The notes under the pieces: model-generated | What the model was told of the DNA's origin: nothing | The model's input: the letters and a program-made list of their open reading frames with translations, nothing else | Databases searched by the model: none | Made by a program: the position numbers and the translations under genes | Shown: piece after piece, positions 18,408 to 26,401 of the stretch | How positions within the stretch are numbered: the stretch's first letter is position 1 | Layout of the letters: each line of letters opens with the position of its first letter | DNA from: an uncultured archaeon | Lineage (GTDB): Archaea; Asgardarchaeota; Lokiarchaeia; Sigyniarchaeales; SOKP01 | DNA: 26,401 nt | Assembly: GCA_964447495.1 (NCBI GenBank) | Contig: CAYUTF010000043.1 | Span: 1-26,401, forward strand | Direction: 5' to 3'

Positions 18408-19721
18408 TCAGATTAAACTTCCAAATAGGTTAAATCCTTCGACTTTTTTAATTTTAGTTTTTCTAAACTCTCCATAATTTCCATCATAATTGTCTATAAA
18501 TACATTTTTATAAGCGATATTTCTACCAAATGCTTGATGTTCTTGATCACCCTTATGTAAAAGGAGAATTTCTCCTTCCCATCCTTTCCAGCTTTCATTT
18601 ATTCTAAGCAAACTTGTCCTAAATAATTCTGATAACTTGAAAGATCTTTCTTTGATGATTTTACTATTCACTTGCTTCATACTTTTTGCTTTAGTTCCTG
18701 GTCGGGGTGTAAATTTAGAAACGTTTAAAATCTCGGGTTTCAACCACTTAATAAGCTCAATAGTCTCTTCGAAATCAGAGTCGGTCTCACCGGGAAATCC
18801 ACATATAATATCTGTAGAGATGCTTAAATGAGGAATTTTTGCTCTCAAAATCTTGAGATTTTCAATAACTGGTTTGATTTTATAGGTTCGATTCATTTTT
18901 TGAAGAATTCGATTACTACCCGACTGAATAGGCATATGGAGGAGTTTATAGACTTTATCAAAATGATAGAGAGAAACGAGTTGATCAAGTTCTTTGACTA
19001 AAAACTGAGGATTCATCATTCCTACTCGCAAGTAAAACTTTTCTTCTATTTCAGTAATATTATGAACTAAATTAGTTAAATTAGTACCATTATATTCATA
19101 GGTACTACAATCTTGGGAAGTCAAGTAGATTTGTTTTATCCCTTGCTTCAATTGAGATTTGACATTATCAAGTATCGATTGAGGATTATAGCAATTTAAC
19201 TTTCCTCTAGCATTTTTCACACAACAGTACGTACAAGCTCCTAAACACCCTTCAGAGATAGGGATAATCCCTGTAATTTTACCTTGAGGATACCAAATAT
19301 GAAATTGCGACTTATCAATTGAGTGAGTCGATTTTAAAACTAAATTTTCTTTACCCTTCTTTATCTCAGCAAAGATTTCAGGAATTTCATGAATATTATT
19401 AAGATCAATAATCGCTGCAAAATTAGGTACTAGTTTTTTGATGATATCAATATAATTTACTGTAATATGTGGCAAACAGCCAGCAATTATGAGATGTCTG
19501 TTTTGATTGCTTTTATATCGCTCATAAAGATTTTTTATTCGTGTTTTAATTTTGTTTTCTGTTTGTTGCTTAACAGCACATGTGTTAATGATGATAAACT
19601 CTGCATTATTTAAAGTAGTCTGAATATAATCTGAATTAAGTAAAAGGGTAGAAATAATATAGGAATCGGCCTTATTTGAGGCACAACCATAGGTTTCTAT
19701 GAAAAACGAATTTTTTATCAA
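18408..19721 (-). CDS. Radical-SAM tRNA methylthiotransferase (MiaB family; archaeal MtaB/CDKAL1-type, probable t6A37 methylthiolation)
   Basis: UPF0004 Cys motifs ETYGC, NTCAV, AGC; CxxxCxxC in EGCLGACTYC; HMPIQSGS, TDIICGFPGET, FTPRPGT; C-terminal TRAM. It reads on the reverse complement (TTG at 19721-19719, TGA at 18410-18408), so the track's + label is wrong. Confidence 0.9.
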   Translation of the reverse strand: MIKNSFFIETYGCASNKADSYIISTLLLNSDYIQTTLNNAEFIIINTCAVKQQTENKIKTRIKNLYERYKSNQNRHLIIAGCLPHITVNYIDIIKKLVPNFAAIIDLNNIHEIPEIFAEIKKGKENLVLKSTHSIDKSQFHIWYPQGKITGIIPISEGCLGACTYCCVKNARGKLNCYNPQSILDNVKSQLKQGIKQIYLTSQDCSTYEYNGTNLTNLVHNITEIEEKFYLRVGMMNPQFLVKELDQLVSLYHFDKVYKLLHMPIQSGSNRILQKMNRTYKIKPVIENLKILRAKIPHLSISTDIICGFPGETDSDFEETIELIKWLKPEILNVSKFTPRPGTKAKSMKQVNSKIIKERSFKLSELFRTSLLRINESWKGWEGEILLLHKGDQEHQAFGRNIAYKNVFIDNYDGNYGEFRKTKIKKVEGFNLFGSLI

Positions 19722-19858
19722 GATTGCTTCAAATTTAGTAAAATAAACTGTGATTTAAATATACTTTAGACTATTAATACCATAAATTTCAAAAATTTTT
19801 TTAATTAATATAATCTATTATTTAAATTAATTAGTTCCAAATTTTTTGATGAACCTTT

Positions 19859-20305
19859 ATGACACGATATTCATACTGTAAAATATGCAAAAAAGATATT
19901 GACAAACCTGCTCGAAAACCTCTGGAAACATTTCAAAAGGTTATTTGGGTAATTATTATAATAGGCACAGCGGGAGTTGCTGCCCTTATATTTGCAATAT
20001 ACTATTATAATCGAAAAAAAGTATATTGCCCAACTTGTAATTCCAAATTAGAGTTCTCAAGTAAACCGTTTGAGAAAGAACAAGAGGAGGATGAATCTAT
20101 TCCTTTAACCCCAAAAGAAAAAGTACTTAAAAAAGCAGGTAAGAAACCTGCCGCGAAAAAGAAGCCTGAGGAAGAAGAAATTGAAGAGGTAGAGGAAGTT
20201 GAACGAATAAAGCCAGAAGATACTTTTTGCCCATATTGTGGTGAGGATATTAAGCCAAATGCTAAGCGATGTCCATATTGTGGGAGTTCTTTAAAACTTC
20301 ATTAA
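19859..20305 (+). CDS. Membrane-associated zinc-binding protein: LITAF-like domain, acidic/basic linker, double zinc ribbon
   Basis: YCKIC - about 22 hydrophobic residues - YCPTC, then an E/K-rich linker, then CPYCG...CPYCG. Confidence 0.7.
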   Translation: MTRYSYCKICKKDIDKPARKPLETFQKVIWVIIIIGTAGVAALIFAIYYYNRKKVYCPTCNSKLEFSSKPFEKEQEEDESIPLTPKEKVLKKAGKKPAAKKKPEEEEIEEVEEVERIKPEDTFCPYCGEDIKPNAKRCPYCGSSLKLH

Positions 20306-20446
20306 ATAAAGATAATTTACTTTTTTTATCAATCACCTAATATTTAAATAGCAAAAAAATTCAAATAAACTTAAATTAATAATAAAATAATATAGAAAAT
20401 TGAAATTCTAATTTAAAATCTAAATATTTTACTAGATGATATTATT

Positions 20447-21217
20447 ATGCCAAGGAAAGCACGAAGAGCACCCACTAGAGCGCCTGATCCTTTAGATGAA
20501 TTCTCAACATGGGATATACGAATTGCAAGAACCATTTATTATGGGATTATTATTGCCTCAGCGGTTACTATCTTAGGAATTTGGCTAGCTATTATCGGAT
20601 ATTTAATAGTATCGGGGAGATGGGATCAAATTATGAGCCTAGGTCCCGGCGTTTTAGCCCTTATTATCGTAGGGATTGTTGTAGCGCATTTATTTCTATT
20701 AGTACTATTTTATACCTTGTTCCGTGGTGGAATACTAAAACTATGCAAGAATTTATTTAAAGATCGATTATTAGCTAAAAAATACGAAGATTATACCACT
20801 TTAAGGTTATTGATTGCTGTAGCATTGGTAAGTCTTTACATATTCCTTATTACTCTTATTATTGTGATATTACCTTCTGTATTTTGGCAGTTAGTTGCAG
20901 ATTTTTGGACTTATATCATTACCTCTTTCAATCCCGGAGAATGGGTCTTATTTGTAGGTGTGCTTATGTTTATTATTATTTTATTAGTATACCTTGGATT
21001 TGTTCTCTGGAATCATGGAGTATTTGCAGTTCTTAAACGTGTGAAACGAATAGAAGAAGAGTATGAGATTGAAGAAGAGTTTAAAGTCGAAGAACTCAGA
21101 GAGGCTGACGAAGAAACACTCCAAAAAGTATACCAAAAACAAACCGGGAAAAAAGCAATTTATAGAGGTAAAGAAACTAAAGGATATATCGCTTGGAAAA
21201 AAGAAATCTTAGGCTAA
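20447..21217 (+). CDS. Uncharacterised 4-TM membrane protein with charged C-terminal tail
   Basis: 256-aa ORF with four long hydrophobic segments, an acidic helix and a terminal YQKQTGKKAIYRGKETKGYIAW motif. Confidence 0.75.
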   Translation: MPRKARRAPTRAPDPLDEFSTWDIRIARTIYYGIIIASAVTILGIWLAIIGYLIVSGRWDQIMSLGPGVLALIIVGIVVAHLFLLVLFYTLFRGGILKLCKNLFKDRLLAKKYEDYTTLRLLIAVALVSLYIFLITLIIVILPSVFWQLVADFWTYIITSFNPGEWVLFVGVLMFIIILLVYLGFVLWNHGVFAVLKRVKRIEEEYEIEEEFKVEELREADEETLQKVYQKQTGKKAIYRGKETKGYIAWKKEILG

Positions 21218-21271
21218 ATTAATTAAAAAAGTAAGGATAAAAAAGATTTTTTAAATTTTTTTTAATTTTAT
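21218..21271. terminator. Probable bidirectional oligo-T/oligo-A terminator region between convergent genes
   Basis: A-runs followed by T-runs (aaaaaag...tttttt aaa tttttttt) in a 54-nt convergent gap. Confidence 0.4.
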
Positions 21272-22219
21272 CTATCTGCGCATCATTCTTGGATTTCTAA
21301 ATAGATCTAATTCTTGTTTTGGTGGTTTATATACAGTTGTGCCAGTATTTTTCATTTGTTTATAAAGTTTTTTAACAATTTTAACAGCTCCATCCATAAA
21401 ATTACATGCACAGCCAAAAAGAGTCATATAGCGTATGAATGTCTTATCTTTAGCGTAATCCTCATCATATATTTCTATTTCAAACTCTTTTCTGATTGGA
21501 TGACCATCAACTCGGGCAATTAACTTCTTGCCAATATGTATTTTATAATTTCTACCTGGTCCAACTACTCCCCTTGCTCGTACCATTTGCAGTTGGTCTT
21601 CTTTGTCTTCAGGAAGTAATGGAAACGTCCATCGTGAACCAATTAATCTCCAACCTCTTACTACTTTTACTAAGTTAATGATCCCGGGAATTTGTAAGAA
21701 AAATACAGGTGCGGGATGTTTTATTTCATAACTTTGAATGAGGGAATGAGTTACACTAAGTTCTACACCGCCCTTAAAATTACCTCCTTTGGCTTTAGAA
21801 TCGAGAGTCTCTTCCATAATAGTGAAGTAGCGACATACCAAACGTTTCTGCTCTAAAGGGCTTTCTTCCCATTGTTCCTTATTAAAAGCAATAATACAGG
21901 TCTTCTCATCATCCTCTTCTACAACACCTTCAATATCAAAATTCTTCGAAAACCATCGTGTCTTGGCTTGATATTTTAGCTGTTGATGGATACCAATCTC
22001 TTCATCATGCAGTCGAGTACGCCAAAAATTCACTTTTAATTTTTTATAAACCGTTTTTTTAGGTTGCTTTGGTTCTTCAGCTTTGCCAGGTTCTGCTTTT
22101 TTAACAGCAGCTTTCTTTTTCTTAACTGGAGTAGTTCTGGGTTTTACTTTAGGCTTTGCTTTTTCCACCTCGGCATCAATCTCTTCAACCGGATCTTCTT
22201 CTGTCATTTCATTTTTCAC
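21272..22219 (-). CDS. Hypothetical protein; disordered E/K/P-rich N-terminus and beta-rich domain with a possible tubby/LURP-one-like C-terminus
   Basis: 315-aa ORF; alternating beta-strand patterns ending in GRNYKIHIGKKLIARVD...EFEIEI and a hydrophobic helix FIRYMTLFGCACNF. Confidence 0.65.
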   Translation of the reverse strand: MKNEMTEEDPVEEIDAEVEKAKPKVKPRTTPVKKKKAAVKKAEPGKAEEPKQPKKTVYKKLKVNFWRTRLHDEEIGIHQQLKYQAKTRWFSKNFDIEGVVEEDDEKTCIIAFNKEQWEESPLEQKRLVCRYFTIMEETLDSKAKGGNFKGGVELSVTHSLIQSYEIKHPAPVFFLQIPGIINLVKVVRGWRLIGSRWTFPLLPEDKEDQLQMVRARGVVGPGRNYKIHIGKKLIARVDGHPIRKEFEIEIYDEDYAKDKTFIRYMTLFGCACNFMDGAVKIVKKLYKQMKNTGTTVYKPPKQELDLFRNPRMMRR

Positions 22220-22430
22220 TTTTTTTATTGATGAATTATAATTTATATTTAATACATTAAATTTTTTGGATTGTATTTATTTTTTTCTTAAATAATTATT
22301 AGTAATAATCATGGCATTTAGAGTTTATAATTTTGATCTCTATGAAAAAAGGATTAAATGCTTTCTAATAAAATAAAACTCCATAAAACCTTCCAAAGAA
22401 AAAAATATTATCAATTTAAAAGAAATAAGG

Positions 22431-24665
22431 CTAAATTTTTATTTCACATTTATCAGAATCACAAAATCGCTCCCCTATGGCTCTGTCTTTTGTGTCACCT
22501 AAAAGCAATGGTTTGATTTTAGAGGTCATTTCCTCATACCTCTCTTTTGTAATTTCTTCGTATGGCGCTTGTTTATATCCATGTTCTTTAATAGGTAAAA
22601 AACTCACGCTTTTTAGTTTATCTTCACAGAATTGGAGTACTCTTTTGATTTCTTTTGCTTCTTCCTTTTTGAAGGTTACTGTAATTGAAACTTGATTATC
22701 GCTCCATAAACGTTGGTAATCTATGGCATTAGCAACTTGTTCCCATATTGAAACGTCGTTTTTAGAGCGGTCAAAATATTTCTCGTGGACGGGAAACTCT
22801 GCGACTACAGTATTAGGAGAATAGGAGTCTTCCTCAATATAATACCCTGCTTTCTTGATTGGATTGATCAAATCAGAGTTTTTAGAAAGTCGAATTCTTC
22901 GGATATAATATTCTGAATGGGGATAATGAATTCCTGGTGGAACTCCTGGGAGTAGGCTCACAGTTCCACTTGGCTTTACAGTTGTTATCTTGATAGATTT
23001 CGGAATACAGAGCCAATCAGAATATTGCTCATCTAATCCTTTTAAGTAATTATAAGCTTTATCGCACCATTCTAACATTGTTCTCCTTCCATGCTTTACA
23101 AAAGCTTCAATAATTCCTGTCTGAGAAATTCCCATCCTTCTATTCTTTAACATAACCGCATTAGTTTCCTTCCAATGAGTATTGACTAATGTCACGCTTT
23201 TTGAGTACAAATATGCATATTTTAAAGTTTCTTGAAATTCCTCATATGAATCATGTCGGGAAGGAAAAGTTTCAACTAAGCAACAAAGTTCGAATGATTC
23301 TAATGATTGTTCTCCGCAAGGATTGACTCCTGCCACTTTCTTATCTTTATAGTCAGGTTTATCTCCCATACGCGAATAGGATCGAGCATTTTCTAACCAA
23401 AAAATCCCAGGTTCTCCATTCACGATAATCTGGTCTGATATAAAGGAATAATCCAATCCTTTAACCGCAAATACACTATTGTTACTTGCCCAACGATGGG
23501 AATATAGTTTCTCTTGATCTTGCTTACAGGTCACAAATTCCAAATCAGTTGGTTCTCCCAAAGCTATTTCGGCGGATCTCCTCACATTTCCAGCAACAAC
23601 ACATTTCCCAATATAGTTCATGATATCAACGATATCGACAGATGAGATTGGCATACCAACTCGCATTTCTAAAATCGATTGAATGTCTTCCAACATTTTC
23701 CTTAAAGGTCCAGGACCGGACGCAATTCCTCCAAAACCTCGTATTGGCTCCCCCGCAGGTCTAATCAGATCAAAATTATATTTTGGCACTTGTTTCCCGA
23801 GGAAATATGCCTCTAAAACCAATTTCAATGCTTCTACCCACCCTTCTCTACTATCTTGTATCTGAAACTCAAATGTTCCTTCTTTCGGCTTTTTAATAAT
23901 AATTTTTCCTGCTCCTTTGGTATCAAATCCTACTCCTACGCCGAGCATTAATGCATCCATCACAAATTCAAATGCTTTAGAATATTTTAACCCAATATCT
24001 GCAGTAGAGGCAAATCCACAGTTATTAAGTGACATAGAGCCATGACGCGCAATAAATTCAGTGCCCATCATCCACAAACCCCGCCCAGGGGGAGAGAATT
24101 TAAAATCCCAGATTTTTTGAAACATAATTTGAGCTGACTTTTGGGCTTTATCATCACTCCAAGGCAAGCTTAGTTTGATGCAATGTTCTTTTTGTATCGA
24201 ATAACATCCTTCGACTACTCTTCTGACTGTCTCCCAAAAATCTTCTTTTCTATTTTGTTTTTCAATCATTCGAGCATAAGTCCTCTTATATGTAATATAT
24301 CCCAACGGACCCCAATCAGGATGTTTATCCTTGAATTTTTCAATAAAGGAGTCTGCTAATTTGAAACTAATATTTTCCAAATTTATAGCGCGAGCAAATA
24401 GATTCCTATATTTATTCATTCCTCTCTGAGTTAGTTCAACGCAAACCAATTCCCTAATATAATTTGTGGTAATCTCCTTTATACCTAACCCAATAATTTT
24501 CCTAATTACATCTGTTGCTACTTCTTCAGCGATGTGAAAATCCAACCCTGTTTCCTTATTCAGCACCTTAGCTATACTATTTTCGTCAAACTTCTTCTTT
24601 TCGCCTTTAGAATTAATAACATATTTAGGATATAAATCAGCTAATGAAAATGAGTTATTTGTCAT
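22431..24665 (-). CDS. nrdJ: Class II (adenosylcobalamin-dependent) ribonucleotide reductase, monomeric RTPR-like, with N-terminal ATP cone
   Basis: TYKRTYAR, PPGRGLW, NNC, GVGVGF, DSREGW, GGIASGP.PL, VAGNVRRSA, active-site NPCGEQ...CCLVE, TTVKPSGT, DNQVSITV, QAPYEEI, C-terminal CDSDKC pair. Confidence 0.93.
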   Translation of the reverse strand: MTNNSFSLADLYPKYVINSKGEKKKFDENSIAKVLNKETGLDFHIAEEVATDVIRKIIGLGIKEITTNYIRELVCVELTQRGMNKYRNLFARAINLENISFKLADSFIEKFKDKHPDWGPLGYITYKRTYARMIEKQNRKEDFWETVRRVVEGCYSIQKEHCIKLSLPWSDDKAQKSAQIMFQKIWDFKFSPPGRGLWMMGTEFIARHGSMSLNNCGFASTADIGLKYSKAFEFVMDALMLGVGVGFDTKGAGKIIIKKPKEGTFEFQIQDSREGWVEALKLVLEAYFLGKQVPKYNFDLIRPAGEPIRGFGGIASGPGPLRKMLEDIQSILEMRVGMPISSVDIVDIMNYIGKCVVAGNVRRSAEIALGEPTDLEFVTCKQDQEKLYSHRWASNNSVFAVKGLDYSFISDQIIVNGEPGIFWLENARSYSRMGDKPDYKDKKVAGVNPCGEQSLESFELCCLVETFPSRHDSYEEFQETLKYAYLYSKSVTLVNTHWKETNAVMLKNRRMGISQTGIIEAFVKHGRRTMLEWCDKAYNYLKGLDEQYSDWLCIPKSIKITTVKPSGTVSLLPGVPPGIHYPHSEYYIRRIRLSKNSDLINPIKKAGYYIEEDSYSPNTVVAEFPVHEKYFDRSKNDVSIWEQVANAIDYQRLWSDNQVSITVTFKKEEAKEIKRVLQFCEDKLKSVSFLPIKEHGYKQAPYEEITKERYEEMTSKIKPLLLGDTKDRAIGERFCDSDKCEIKI

Positions 24666-25087
24666 AGTTTTCCTCTTAAAAATACGTAAATTTCATTTTA
24701 TTATCTTACTATTTAATTTTCAGAATTTTTCTAAATTACCTTAACCTACCTTATATTAAATTTTTAGTAATAATATAAATTTATCTTTCAATTTTATTAG
24801 TGTATTGATTGATCTCTCCGTTATGGTATAGTTTTAGTTTGATAATGTCCATGAGGTTAATAGTAACCCAGATTTTAATTTTTTACTCTTATGTTTGATA
24901 ATTTTTTTTGTCGAAATTATGTCGTTAGTATAAGTTATATGATATATTATTCATTTTTAAAGGAAAAGAATCTGACTAATTTTCTATTTATTTTTAAACC
25001 TAATAGTATTATGACCAAAATAATAATATAAAAATAAGGAACTTTCATATTTTGAATATAAAATAAAAATTTTGGTGTAGATTACAT

Positions 25088-25510
25088 ATGTCCAATCAAG
25101 AACGTAAATATAGTGAAGAAGAAATTGAAACTAGCTTAGTTTTATTTGAAGGTATTATAATTGGAATATATGGCAATTGGTTAGTTTCCCTTATTCAAAT
25201 GATATAATTTTTATCTCCCCTAATAATACTACAGAGCATATTGACTATTCTATCCTTAAGTTGTTTAGTTGCTCTACTCGCAGTAGGGATTTTTGGAAGT
25301 CGTTTAGAATCTCGTCTTGAGGTAGTCATCTTAAGCTGCGGTCATTTTTTGCCAATTTGTATTACTCTAATTATGGAAAGATTATTGATTCAAGATGCCT
25401 TTTTCTTAATGATAGGAGGGATTTTGTTCATTATGATTTATTATGCGGAATTTAAACGTGTTAAGCGTAGAAAAAAAAGACATGATAGAACAAATAAACT
25501 TTCATTTTAA
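25088..25510 (+). pseudogene. Small membrane-protein gene interrupted by an in-frame TAA at 25205-25207
   Basis: The ATG at 25088 (MSNQERKYSEEEIETSLVLFEGIIIGIYGNWLVSLIQMI*) is in frame with FLSPLIILQSI and the track ORF at 25241, giving a continuous ~140-codon hydrophobic protein. Confidence 0.6.
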
Positions 25511-25682
25511 CAACTTTTTTTTGATTCCTATTTTAGGAATGCCAGATGCGAGAACAATTCTTTAAAGTATAGCTAATCAAAAACTTTAAACTTTAGAATT
25601 TAGGATTTATAAGTGCAAATTTTAAATTTCTAGCCCATCATCTTTACTTAATTCGATTAAATTTCAATAAAAAGGTGATTTT

Positions 25683-26401
25683 ATGGCAACATTAGAAAAT
25701 ATGTTAATAGCTCTTGGTATTTCAGGAATAGCGCTTTTTATTTATATTTTTATAGCTTTTATCGTCGGAACAGTGCGAAAAAATAATGGACTTATGGATA
25801 TTTTTTATGGTCCCGCTTATTTTGTAACTTCTATTACAGCTTTTATTGTTAGCGTAATTTTGAATAATACTTTCTGTATTCGTCAAATTATCGTTAATAT
25901 ATTAGTATTTTTATGGGCATTGCGATTAGGATCATATATCTATATAAGAAATCACGGAAAACCTGAGGATTATCGATATGCTGCGATGAGAGAACGCTGG
26001 AAAACAAATATTGCAATAAAAAGTTTTTTCAAAGTCTATCTCTTTCAGGGTATTATTGTGTTTTTGGTTGATATCCCCGTATGGTTTATAAATATTAGTA
26101 GTAATCCCCCCGTATCTAATTTGCTTGACTTTTTTGGAGTCACATTATGGTTAGGCGCACTTATTTGGGGCATAGGATTTATATTTGAAACGACAGGAGA
26201 TTGGTCTTTGTACCAATTTTTACAGAAACCGGAAAACAGAGGAAAAGTAATGGATAAAAGTGTATGGAAGTATACCCAACATCCTAATTATTTCGGCGAA
26301 GTTACACAATGGTGGGGGCTATTCATCATTGCATTAGCAGTTCCGTTTGGTTTTATAACATTTATTGGTCCCGCCTACATTACATTCCAAATCATAAAAG
26401 T
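25683..26401 (+). CDS. DUF1295 / steroid 5-alpha-reductase-like membrane protein (runs off the window end; absent from the ORF track)
   Basis: ATG at 25683 after AAGGTGA; N.GLMDIFYG, LWALRLG.YI..RN.GKPEDYRY, FET.GD..L..F, VWKYTQHPNYFGE...WWG. Confidence 0.9.
   Translation, partial: MATLENMLIALGISGIALFIYIFIAFIVGTVRKNNGLMDIFYGPAYFVTSITAFIVSVILNNTFCIRQIIVNILVFLWALRLGSYIYIRNHGKPEDYRYAAMRERWKTNIAIKSFFKVYLFQGIIVFLVDIPVWFINISSNPPVSNLLDFFGVTLWLGALIWGIGFIFETTGDWSLYQFLQKPENRGKVMDKSVWKYTQHPNYFGEVTQWWGLFIIALAVPFGFITFIGPAYITFQIIK

Noticed and set aside
17498-19721. hdrB-methylthiotransferase operon implied by the track's strand labels
   Set aside because: The methylthiotransferase is on the minus strand, so the genes are convergent.
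1155-23865. Short 60-108 aa track ORFs overlapping larger genes (e.g. 1155, 2343, 4306, 6935, 7838, 8658, 10626, 11939, 12301, 12640, 17530, 17597, 18637, 20509, 21314, 21496, 22477, 23683)
   Set aside because: All are nested in or antisense to well-supported genes and lack motifs of their own.
24666-25087. Cobalamin riboswitch or NrdR box upstream of nrdJ
   Set aside because: The region is very AT-rich with no B12-box or GC-paired stems and no clear NrdR palindrome; probably just divergent promoters.
1-26401. CRISPR array, IS element, integrase, tRNA or rRNA
   Set aside because: No regularly spaced repeats, transposase/integrase motifs, terminal inverted repeats or GC-rich structured RNA segments were seen.

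Overview
AT-rich, gene-dense chromosomal segment from an anaerobic archaeon. The gene content and style (Fwd, HdrB, archaeal-type tRNA methylthiotransferase, oligo-T terminators, zinc-ribbon-tailed membrane proteins) suggest Asgard/Lokiarchaeia, but that is an inference. In order it encodes: UDP-sugar dehydrogenase; a corrinoid methyl-transfer module (Zn-type MtaA/CmuA-like MT, corrinoid protein, a second UROD-fold MT lacking the Zn motif, DUF2284); proline iminopeptidase; 2-oxoacid:ferredoxin oxidoreductase alpha/beta; an MFS transporter; a SAM methyltransferase; an fwdG-fwdF(short)-fwdD-fwdB-fwdC-fdhD cluster with no fwdA; two tandem paralogous membrane proteins; a stand-alone hdrB; a tRNA methylthiotransferase (on the minus strand, although the supplied track says +); three uncharacterised proteins (LITAF-like Zn domain, internally duplicated 4-TM protein, possible tubby/LURP-one/scramblase-like fold); an ATP-cone-bearing class II ribonucleotide reductase; a membrane-protein gene interrupted by an in-frame TAA; and a truncated DUF1295 gene. 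I saw no rRNA, tRNA, CRISPR array, transposase, or Sec/Pyl recoding. All family calls come from motif recognition by eye, not database searches.
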